Positions 8,292 through 15,539 of a stretch of DNA of 20,000 bases are shown one piece after another. The DNA comes from an uncultured virus (IMG/VR IMGVR_UViG_3300033144_005150). Lineage: Duplodnaviria; Heunggongvirae; Uroviricota; Caudoviricetes. Where the stretch lies: the IMG/VR virus record IMGVR_UViG_3300033144_005150; one strand, written 5' to 3'. Below the pieces are notes generated by a model. It was given only the letters and a program-made list of their open reading frames with translations, did no database searches and was not told the origin of the DNA. The stretch's first letter is position 1; the number at the start of each line of letters is the position of its first letter. Made by a program: the position numbers and the translations under genes.

Positions 8292-8812
8292 AAACCGAAG
8301 GCCAGATCAAACAGAAGGTCAAGCAGGTGGTCTATCGACACCGCAAAGCGTTCATCCGTCACGGTCTCGCACGACATCCGGGGAACTGCACCTACAACGA
8401 GCGTGTGACACTCCCGATCCACATGTCGAACCGGGCGACCCTCCACATCTGTGGCTATTGCTCTGATGGGGAGAATCCCAACAACATCGTGTGCGACGCG
8501 AGCATGGGTGGGGATCGCCAGGCGGCGGATTGCCCGTATTTTGAAGCGCGTAGGTCGGCCGAGGATCTCAAGGAGCAGTTCAACGAAGACCTTGGGATCG
8601 ATGGCGGGTCTCCGAAAGAGATCGGGTACATCGCCAAGGAGTATCCAGACGTGGCTGCTCTGTTGTGGGTGATGGGTCCCGGCAAAGGGACGAACGCCGA
8701 CGAGCCTGACGGGGAAGAACAGCCCAACATCCTGGCCCTGTTTGGCAATGGGGAGGACTTGGGCGACGTGCCTGAGCGCCCTCTCGTGGAGGACGACGAA
8801 GATGAATCCTAA
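8288..8812 (+). CDS. Hypothetical Cys-rich protein, possibly zinc-binding, with an acidic tail
   Basis: It overlaps the previous gene by GTGA and contains NCTYN, HICGYC, IVCD and DCPYF. Confidence 0.7.
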   Translation: MKTEGQIKQKVKQVVYRHRKAFIRHGLARHPGNCTYNERVTLPIHMSNRATLHICGYCSDGENPNNIVCDASMGGDRQAADCPYFEARRSAEDLKEQFNEDLGIDGGSPKEIGYIAKEYPDVAALLWVMGPGKGTNADEPDGEEQPNILALFGNGEDLGDVPERPLVEDDEDES

Positions 8813-9329
8813 TCTGCTCGAAATTGTGGCCCTGAGTCCCAAGGGGACGACCTCCCAACTCACCCTGGAAGACATTCCGGTCAACCGCGAGCTGGCGCCG
8901 TATTTGATCTCCAGCATGAAGTCGGTGACTTGGATGACGCACGCGTCGCAGAAGGACACGGTGCGCGCTGGGATTCGTGATCGTCCTGGCATTGAGGCGG
9001 AGCTCGTCGCAGCCGTCATCGAGATGGGCGACGAGGCCGGGTGGGGGAACATCCACCCGCTCACCACCGAAGGCGTTGCGGCGTGTCTCAAGCACGTCTC
9101 AAGCTACATCGAGGGACCCCTCGAAATTCTCTGTTCGGCCGAGACGGATCTCGAGGACGTGGAGATCCCGGAGCACTTCCAGCAGACCCAGGCCAAGTGG
9201 GTTCCCGTCAACGCGTTGATCGTGGTGCCGAGGGATCGTTCCTATCTGGGAACGCTCTGGGTACTCGGCAACCGTGTTGCAGCGCTCATCCACAACGTGA
9301 GCCGGGGTGTGGCCATCGCGTGGCGGTAA
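8802..9329 (+). CDS. Hypothetical protein (175 aa)
   Basis: The ATG at 8802 follows GGAGG and overlaps the upstream gene end. Codon usage matches the neighbours. Confidence 0.7.
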   Translation: MNPNLLEIVALSPKGTTSQLTLEDIPVNRELAPYLISSMKSVTWMTHASQKDTVRAGIRDRPGIEAELVAAVIEMGDEAGWGNIHPLTTEGVAACLKHVSSYIEGPLEILCSAETDLEDVEIPEHFQQTQAKWVPVNALIVVPRDRSYLGTLWVLGNRVAALIHNVSRGVAIAWR

Positions 9330-10048
9330 GTGAGTGGCTGCAGACCGGCTTGGCCGACTCTCCGATGACCGAGGAAGTTCGCGCGTACCTCATGGGGCGC
9401 GGAGCGACGGATCGTCTCATCGAAGAGTGGGGCATCAAAGTCTGGGACCCGCCACTCACCCCATGCCCTGACGCGCGGCTGCACAAGCCCTACGGAGAGT
9501 TCTTCGAGCGGTTCGAGGGCAAGACCATCTACCCGCTGTTCAGCCCCAAGGGTCGCTTCCTCGGGTTCGACAGTCGTCACATCGACCGCAAGGACGACGT
9601 GCGCTACTTGCTGGACGAGAGTCGGTGGAACCCGGTGTGGATCGGGATGCCGTCAGCGATGGAGAAAATCTGGCGCGGGTGCGATGTCATCGTGGTCGAA
9701 GGACGCTTCGATGTTTTTGCGATGCTCCAGCTCTTGGAGTCTCGCGGGATCGACAAGGCGGTCCTGGGCTCGGGCCCAGCGCACCTTTCGTGGAAACAGG
9801 TGGAGTTCCTTCGACGGTTTTGCGCGAAAGTGCAGGTCGTCGATGCCGGGCGCCCACCCCACGTCTACATGGTCTACGACAACGATCCGACGGGGAAGAA
9901 GGGGACGGCGGACGCCTTGAAGCATCTCGACATGCGGAAGGTAGAGTGCAGTCACCTCAAGTATGGGGTGCCCAACGACGACCCCGGAGGGATCTGGGAC
10001 GGCGGAGGGGTAGAACATTTGCGGGAGATCTTCCCCACTCTCCTCTAA
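9320..10048 (+). CDS. dnaG: DnaG-type primase catalytic core (TOPRIM), lacking the zinc-binding and helicase-binding domains
   Basis: Motifs are YLMGRG, IYPLFSPKGRFLGFDSR, VIVVEGRFDV, YDNDPTG and DDPG. The GTG at 9320 overlaps the previous gene end and is taken as the start; the upstream ORF extension overlaps another gene. Confidence 0.82.
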   Translation: MAVSEWLQTGLADSPMTEEVRAYLMGRGATDRLIEEWGIKVWDPPLTPCPDARLHKPYGEFFERFEGKTIYPLFSPKGRFLGFDSRHIDRKDDVRYLLDESRWNPVWIGMPSAMEKIWRGCDVIVVEGRFDVFAMLQLLESRGIDKAVLGSGPAHLSWKQVEFLRRFCAKVQVVDAGRPPHVYMVYDNDPTGKKGTADALKHLDMRKVECSHLKYGVPNDDPGGIWDGGGVEHLREIFPTLL

Positions 10049-10061
10049 GGAAAAACGACCT

Positions 10062-10604
10062 ATGGAACGATGGAACGCCGGCCCTGATGTGATGAAGATG
10101 GTGACGACCCTGATCGCCAAGTACCACCCGCACCTGGTGCTCGTGGAGAAGGAGATCGCAGTTGTCTTCCGTGAGAAGGCGATCGAGAAGGCCGGCAAGG
10201 TGTTCCTGGGAGGCGCCTCCAAGATGGGGTGGCAAATCTCCGTGATCACGGACAAGAAGTTCCAGCACAAGTTCATCATCGAGCTCGGTGCCGATGTGTG
10301 GCAGAACGAGCTTGATGAGACCCAGAGGCTCGCGCTCCTGGACCACAACTTGTGCTCCATGAAGGTCGAGGACGACAAGGAGGGCGGCTACAAGTACTCC
10401 CTACGTCCGCCCGACTTCGTGGCCTACAAGGAAGAGGTCGAGCGCTGGGGCATGTGGCGCCCGATGGACGACGACACGCTTTCGATCATCGAGAAGATGT
10501 TCGGTGAGAAGGCCAAAGAAGGCAGCGATACCGTCCAGAAGCGCACAGCCGCCCAGACGCCTGACGACATCGACGATATCCTGGGGGCCCTGAACGGGCC
10601 CTGA
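10062..10604 (+). CDS. Putative phage metallopeptidase-family protein with a degenerate active site
   Basis: LIAKYHPHL, FIIELGADVW and QRLALLDHNLCSM match the family pattern, but HExxH is altered to HNLCS. An AAGGA RBS is present. Confidence 0.65.
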   Translation: MERWNAGPDVMKMVTTLIAKYHPHLVLVEKEIAVVFREKAIEKAGKVFLGGASKMGWQISVITDKKFQHKFIIELGADVWQNELDETQRLALLDHNLCSMKVEDDKEGGYKYSLRPPDFVAYKEEVERWGMWRPMDDDTLSIIEKMFGEKAKEGSDTVQKRTAAQTPDDIDDILGALNGP

Positions 10605-10631
10605 TTTCGTGAAAAGTTGCGATCCTGCTTC

Positions 10632-10653
10632 TCTACTCCCCATGGGGTAGAAC
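10632..10653 (+). promoter_or_regulatory. Hairpin plus GGGTAGA candidate promoter element before dnaX
   Basis: TCTACtCC-CCAT-GGgGTAGA lies in the intergenic gap. Confidence 0.45.
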
Positions 10654-10668
10654 GGACGAGCACGCCCT

Positions 10669-12798
10669 GTGAGCCTTGACACCAAATACCGCCCCTTACG
10701 CTACAGCGATGTCCTGGGCCAGGACGCCACGATCGAGGTCTGCAAGCAGATCGTCATTGCCGGGAAGGGTTTCCACCAGAGCTACGTGTTCGCGGGCTCG
10801 CATGGAGGTGGAAAAACGACATGTGGCCGCATCCTGGCGCGAGCGATGCTGTGCGCAAGTCCTGTTGACGGCGATCCATGCGACGAGTGTGAATCGTGCC
10901 TGGCAGTCCTGAATGACGCGTCCGAGAACTTCATCGAAGTCGATGCCGCGACCAACTCGGGTAAGGACGATGTCCGTCGCATCACGGAGGAGGCGCAGTT
11001 CGGAAGTTTCTCAGGCAAACGGAAGGTCTACTTGTTCGACGAGTGCTTCACTGAGGACACGATGTTGATCACGCCAGAGGGATCGCAGAGCATCAAGGAC
11101 CTCGTCGAGCAGAAGTACGACGGCCTTGTGCTTTCGCGCAATGTTGAGACGGGGGAGCAGTGCTGGCAGCCGGTGACGAACTGGTATGACATCCAGGACG
11201 AGCGTGAGTGTCTGACTCTCGAGTTCGACAGTGGGGTGGTCCTCACGGTCACCACCGACCAGGAACTTTTCACCATGAACCGCGGGTGGGTTGCCGTTTC
11301 AAAGCTGGAACTTGCGCGAGAATGCGAGAACATGGGGACTGCGGGAATTCATTCCGAAAGCTATTACGACTGTGATGGAGATGGCTGTTCCTGGTGTGGG
11401 GTTAGACAAGATCAGTTCCTGGATCGGAGCGAAGAACCTGTCAGTCTTTTGTCCAGCACTTCGGTCGGCAAAAAGAAGGTCTACGATGTCACCGTCGCGG
11501 ACACCCATTCCTTTTTCGCTTACTCGCGCTACGGGAATCAGGAGCACGCGATTCTGGCCCACAACTGCCATGAGCTGAGCAGGGCCGCGATGGATGCGAT
11601 GCTCAAGCCGCTTGAGGACAACATCCGTGGTAGCCAGGAGAGACAGCTCGTCTGCATCTTCTGTACGACGGAGCCGAAGAAGATGCGCCCCGCGATCATG
11701 TCGCGGTGCGCACCGGCCTTCAAGATCCGCCTCAACACGCCAGAGGAGATCGCAAAGCGGCTTGCGTTCATCATGGACTCGGAGAAGCTCGACTACGACC
11801 CGGCTGTGTTGCCCGTCGTCGCTGAGGTTTGCGAGTGTCACATCCGTGATTCGATCAAAGCGGTCGAGGGCGTCTCCATGTTGGGGAAAGTCGATCGTGA
11901 AAATGTGGAGCGATATCTCCACCTGGACGCGAACGTTCTGTACCTGGATCTCCTGGAGAGCCTGGGAACGGACCTCCCTCGTGCGCTGATGACGGTCGAA
12001 AAACTCATCGAGCGTGTTTCGCCGGCCACTTGTTACGAACGCATGGCCGACATTTCGATGATGGCGTACCGGCTTTCGTACGTCGGGCATGCGACGGTTC
12101 CTTCGTACTGGGACCGAGATCGCGTCAAACGGGCAGGGGATCTCCACAAGGAATTTCTGGTGCAGTTCGCGCAGTGCTTTGCGGAGCGCCCTGCTTACGC
12201 GACCATGTCGATGCTCCTTTGCGACGTGGGGGCTCTCCATCAAAAACGCGCAGGCATCCGGGTCGTGGCCACGACGGTGACCGAGGTGGCCCTTCCGGCC
12301 GTTCGCCCAGCACCGACGCCGTTGGCTCTCACAACGGCTGTGAGCGTCCCTGCGCCGGTTTCGGAGCCCGAGCCCAGTACTGCGCCCGAGCCCGAAGCGC
12401 CCGCTGTGGAGCCCGCTCAGGCCGTCAAGGAAGAGCCCGTTCCAGAGCCAGTGCCGGAGCCTGTGGTCTCGGAAGAGGCGCCTCCAAAGCCAGAGCCGGC
12501 GCCAGCGCCTATCGAGTCATTACCGAAAACAGAGCCACAGAAAACGACAGAGCCCCAGAACGAGCCTGCGCAGGTCGGTAGTATAGCCAAGGACCCTTTC
12601 GTGAATGCGATGGGTGTCCATATCAACCCGCAAGCGCAGCAAATGAGTCGAGGAAGTTCCTCACAAAAAGGTGACGCGTTCGGCACGATGCCGATCTCAT
12701 CTTTCACCGAAGTATTGCATCGCCGGGTCATTGAGCTGACGGAGGAGAAGTCAACCAGTGGCAGACAGGCGAGACGGGACGACGTGGGTAGCCCTTGA
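10669..12798 (+). CDS. dnaX: DNA polymerase III gamma/tau clamp-loader subunit precursor with a mini-intein
   Basis: Motifs are KYRP..DVLGQ, Walker A GSHGGGKTT, the Zn module C..PCDECESC, EVDAA, Walker B LFDE|CH and the SRC motif, followed by a Pro/Glu-rich C-terminal linker. Confidence 0.95.
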   Translation: MSLDTKYRPLRYSDVLGQDATIEVCKQIVIAGKGFHQSYVFAGSHGGGKTTCGRILARAMLCASPVDGDPCDECESCLAVLNDASENFIEVDAATNSGKDDVRRITEEAQFGSFSGKRKVYLFDECFTEDTMLITPEGSQSIKDLVEQKYDGLVLSRNVETGEQCWQPVTNWYDIQDERECLTLEFDSGVVLTVTTDQELFTMNRGWVAVSKLELARECENMGTAGIHSESYYDCDGDGCSWCGVRQDQFLDRSEEPVSLLSSTSVGKKKVYDVTVADTHSFFAYSRYGNQEHAILAHNCHELSRAAMDAMLKPLEDNIRGSQERQLVCIFCTTEPKKMRPAIMSRCAPAFKIRLNTPEEIAKRLAFIMDSEKLDYDPAVLPVVAEVCECHIRDSIKAVEGVSMLGKVDRENVERYLHLDANVLYLDLLESLGTDLPRALMTVEKLIERVSPATCYERMADISMMAYRLSYVGHATVPSYWDRDRVKRAGDLHKEFLVQFAQCFAERPAYATMSMLLCDVGALHQKRAGIRVVATTVTEVALPAVRPAPTPLALTTAVSVPAPVSEPEPSTAPEPEAPAVEPAQAVKEEPVPEPVPEPVVSEEAPPKPEPAPAPIESLPKTEPQKTTEPQNEPAQVGSIAKDPFVNAMGVHINPQAQQMSRGSSSQKGDAFGTMPISSFTEVLHRRVIELTEEKSTSGRQARRDDVGSP
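11044..11565 (+). mobile_element. Mini-intein (174 aa, no endonuclease) in the DnaX Walker B motif
   Basis: Starts CFTEDTMLIT, has block F KVYDVTVADTHSFFA, and ends LAHN followed by Cys(+1). Removing it restores FDECHEL. Confidence 0.93.
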
Positions 12799-13294
12799 AC
12801 TCACGCATCACGGCGAAAAGTTAGTCGAGGAGGGCACCCTCGATGTAGAGCTGCGTAGGCTGCTCGATGTCGAAGAAGAATGGCCTGTTTTCGTTCCGGC
12901 TCGTGTTTACGAGAAGAACGGGAAGCGCGTGACCGTCCATTTGATGGAGGGATACGCCTTCATGGGGACCGGTTTGGACGAGGTGCGCTACTTCCGGCTC
13001 GAGCACACGAAGTACGTTGAGCAGATAATGTCGTCGCGCGGCGCGCGCGGAATCAGGCGCCTTGAGACCATCCACGACTCACAAGTTATCGATCTTCGCA
13101 GGCGCCTGAGCGAAGAGGTCGCTGCCGACATTGTCCCCGGAATGCGGGTCCTGGTAACGGACGGAGTTTACAGTAAGCTCGAAGGTGTAGTAATGGATTC
13201 GGAGGGCGACCACGCGGTTGTCCGCTTTGAGCTGCGATCCCTCGAAGTGATCTCGAAAATACCGAAGGTATTTTTGGAGACGATGACCGCGTGA
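12758..13294 (+). CDS. nusG: NusG/RfaH-family transcription elongation or antitermination factor (NGN + KOW)
   Basis: The NGN-like part reads WVAL..VFVP..LMEGYAFM and the KOW part reads PGMRVLVTDGVYSKLEGVV. Confidence 0.82.
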   Translation: MADRRDGTTWVALELTHHGEKLVEEGTLDVELRRLLDVEEEWPVFVPARVYEKNGKRVTVHLMEGYAFMGTGLDEVRYFRLEHTKYVEQIMSSRGARGIRRLETIHDSQVIDLRRRLSEEVAADIVPGMRVLVTDGVYSKLEGVVMDSEGDHAVVRFELRSLEVISKIPKVFLETMTA

Positions 13295-13299
13295 GTTGA

Positions 13300-13917
13300 A
13301 TGCGTACCAATTGGGCAGACTGTAGAACCGTAGATCCTTCTGAACTCGAAAGCCGAGTCAGTGTCGCCGACAACATGGAGTTTCTCCATCAGGTCCTCGC
13401 CGAGGAACCTACGGAGGAGTCGTCACGCAACCTCGAGCGGGTTCGGGACATCATGACGGAGTTGCCTCCACGCGAGGCGGACTTCGTGGAACTCTATTTC
13501 TTCAACCACAAGACGCAGACGGACATTGCTGAGATCTTCAAGGTCTCGCAACCAACCGTCTGCTACCGCCTCCAGAGGGCAACTTCACGAATCAGGTTCG
13601 TGCTGTCGCTGCCGGATGTATCGGAGAAAGAACTCCGGACCGTCCTTGTTGGGTTCCTTGCCGATCCAGAGGACGTGAGCATCATGATGCTGATGTTCGA
13701 GACGACCTGCCAAAGCGCGGTCGCCAAACGGCTTGGGGTCACCCAGGGGAAAGTCCGTCACCGGTTCATGCGTTCGACGAAGCGGATGGTGGAGTCGGAG
13801 AGCCCCAAGATGGCGAAAATCGCCCTGATCTTCCAGGCCATCGCCAAAAACCTGAACATTTTGCGCGAAGTAGACCGCCCGGCTTGGGACGAAAAGGTCC
13901 ACTACGTCATCGACTAG
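13300..13917 (+). CDS. Protein with two tandem sigma-70 region-4-like HTH domains and no visible region 2
   Basis: HTH1 is LPPREADFVELYFFNHKTQTDIAEIFKVSQPTVCYRLQRA. HTH2 is MFETTCQSAVAKRLGVTQGKVRHRFMRS. Confidence 0.78.
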   Translation: MRTNWADCRTVDPSELESRVSVADNMEFLHQVLAEEPTEESSRNLERVRDIMTELPPREADFVELYFFNHKTQTDIAEIFKVSQPTVCYRLQRATSRIRFVLSLPDVSEKELRTVLVGFLADPEDVSIMMLMFETTCQSAVAKRLGVTQGKVRHRFMRSTKRMVESESPKMAKIALIFQAIAKNLNILREVDRPAWDEKVHYVID

Positions 13918-13922
13918 GGGCC

Positions 13923-13956
13923 GGTTTTCGTCCTATCCAGACGCACTGGGTAGAAG
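13923..13956 (+). promoter_or_regulatory. GGTTTTCG-N3-TAT motif overlapping a hairpin plus GGGTAGA element before the lipoprotein gene
   Basis: CTAtCCAG-ACGCA-CTGGgTAG forms an inverted repeat. GGTTTTCG-N3-TAT recurs at 17768. Confidence 0.45.
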
Positions 13957-13963
13957 ACCACCC

Positions 13964-14749
13964 ATGTCCCATATCGGCAAATTCACGGTTTCAGCAGCCC
14001 TGCTCATCCCTCTGGCTTTGGGTGGCTGTCGGCCAACGAAGGGTACGGCGAACCCAGAGGACTACTTCCCTCTGATCCAGGTCGCCCTGGCTGGCGGTGA
14101 GACTGCCGCCATGATTGGTCGAAATGAGGCCATCAAGGCCAAGAGTTTCGCCGGTTGCGTGGCCGCTGGGTCGCTGATTTCCGCGTTCGACAGCGCCAAC
14201 CAAGTCCTGGCCAACAAGATGGGCGGCAAGATCGTCATCCCCGCTGTCGAGATCGACGTGTCGGAATGCCTGGCGGTTCGTGAAGCTCCGGCCGAAGAAG
14301 CACCCGCCGAAGAAGCTGCCGGGGAGAACGCATACGCTCCGGTCGTCATCGGTACCAAAATCGCTGGCTACGTCGCACCGGCCGAAGAGACTCCCGCTGA
14401 GGAGGCTCCCGCCGAGGGAGAGGCCACCGAGGAGGCCCCAGCAGAGGAGGCCCCAGCAGAGGAGGAGGCCCCAGCGGAAGAGCCGGCCGAGGAGGCTGCT
14501 CCGGCGCTCAAGGGCAACGCCGAAGTGGCGACGATGGTGGAAACCATTGGCGGCATGACGATGATCGTCGTCCTCCACTACGCGGTGAAACTTCAAGGCG
14601 CCAACTGCAAGAAGGGCACTGCTGCCCTCGGCGCCATCAACTACGTCAACGGCATGATCAAGCCCATCTCGGACGAGATCGCCGAACCAGACGGCATCGT
14701 TTCAGTCCCCGCCGTCACCATCGATCTCAGCGAATGCACCAACGGGTAG
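13964..14749 (+). CDS. Predicted lipoprotein with an internal duplication and an EEAPA-repeat linker
   Basis: The signal peptide ends in the lipobox LGG|C22. IVIPAVEIDVSEC and IVSVPAVTIDLSEC are duplicated segments. Confidence 0.8.
   Translation: MSHIGKFTVSAALLIPLALGGCRPTKGTANPEDYFPLIQVALAGGETAAMIGRNEAIKAKSFAGCVAAGSLISAFDSANQVLANKMGGKIVIPAVEIDVSECLAVREAPAEEAPAEEAAGENAYAPVVIGTKIAGYVAPAEETPAEEAPAEGEATEEAPAEEAPAEEEAPAEEPAEEAAPALKGNAEVATMVETIGGMTMIVVLHYAVKLQGANCKKGTAALGAINYVNGMIKPISDEIAEPDGIVSVPAVTIDLSECTNG
14282..14505 (+). repeat. Low-complexity coding repeats (EEAPA; 15-bp GAGGAGGCCCCAGCA units)
   Basis: Near-exact tandem units lie at about 14429-14476, with degenerate copies on either side. 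Confidence 0.85.
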
Positions 14750-14776
14750 GACCCCGTTTGGTTATCAGGGAAATTC

Positions 14777-15082
14777 ATGTCTAACAAACCTTCTGCACGT
14801 CGGGTCGTGATGAGTAAGTCAGTGGCTCGCCAATGGCTGCTCAAGAAGGCCAAGCCCGAGTATCGGTTCAGAGTGTTCAATCCTCTGGGCAAGGACTACC
14901 CCTCGGTGCTTCGGTCGTTTCGAGACGGCAGGCTCAAAATGGGAAGCGTCAAGCCGATCCCTGACCTGGGTGTGAGGGAGGACTTCGAGGGATTCTACGT
15001 GTGGTCTTCAAACCATGAAGCGATGAAGACTTTGCAGCAGTGGTTCGCAAAGCGCGGGCTAGAGACGAACTGGATCTGGTGA
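14777..15082 (+). CDS. Hypothetical basic protein (101 aa)
   Basis: It has an AGGGA RBS-like sequence and fills the gap, with its stop 1 nt before the next ATG. Confidence 0.7.
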   Translation: MSNKPSARRVVMSKSVARQWLLKKAKPEYRFRVFNPLGKDYPSVLRSFRDGRLKMGSVKPIPDLGVREDFEGFYVWSSNHEAMKTLQQWFAKRGLETNWIW

Positions 15083-15083
15083 A

Positions 15084-15530
15084 ATGGCGGCCGTTCGCAC
15101 TCGCATTGAGACGTGTTTCACGTACATGGTGCGGATCGATGATCCGTGTAGCCCGTCGTGGATGTTCACGATCGTCGTAAACCAAGACGGCACTTGTGGA
15201 GTGCGCGACATCAAGTCGCCAAATGGCCTCCTCTGCGATTCGATGCTTCAACTGCCGGGTGAGGTGCTCGACGAAATCAACGCCGCAAAGGCGGATGTGG
15301 AGAACATCTTGGCACAATCGAGCGCAGTCAACGGAACCCTCACTTACACCGCTGAGATTTCTCAGTCGATCGTCTTTGCCACCCCGTTCGCGAATACGAA
15401 CTACCGCGTGTATGCGACCCCCGTGGGTGAATTTGTTGACTGGAGAGTCACCAACAAGACCACGACCGGCTTCGATCTCGAACTCAACGTCACCTACACC
15501 GGAACGGTCCAGTTCGACGTGTTCGTCTAG
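15084..15530 (+). CDS. Probable virion protein with a C-terminal fibre-tip-like beta-sandwich domain
   Basis: SIVFATPFANTNYRV...VTNKTTTGFDL is a pattern typical of phage fibre C-terminal domains. Confidence 0.6.
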   Translation: MAAVRTRIETCFTYMVRIDDPCSPSWMFTIVVNQDGTCGVRDIKSPNGLLCDSMLQLPGEVLDEINAAKADVENILAQSSAVNGTLTYTAEISQSIVFATPFANTNYRVYATPVGEFVDWRVTNKTTTGFDLELNVTYTGTVQFDVFV

Positions 15531-15539
15531 GAGAGAACC

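Noticed and set aside
9041..9319. N-terminal extension of the primase ORF given in the ORF track
   Set aside because: It overlaps the 8802-9329 gene in another frame, reads as off-frame sequence and contains no CHC2 zinc finger.
12240..12798. Programmed -1 frameshift producing gamma and tau forms of DnaX
   Set aside because: No A-AAA-AAG heptamer or long A run was seen; the A tracts here are only about 5 nt.
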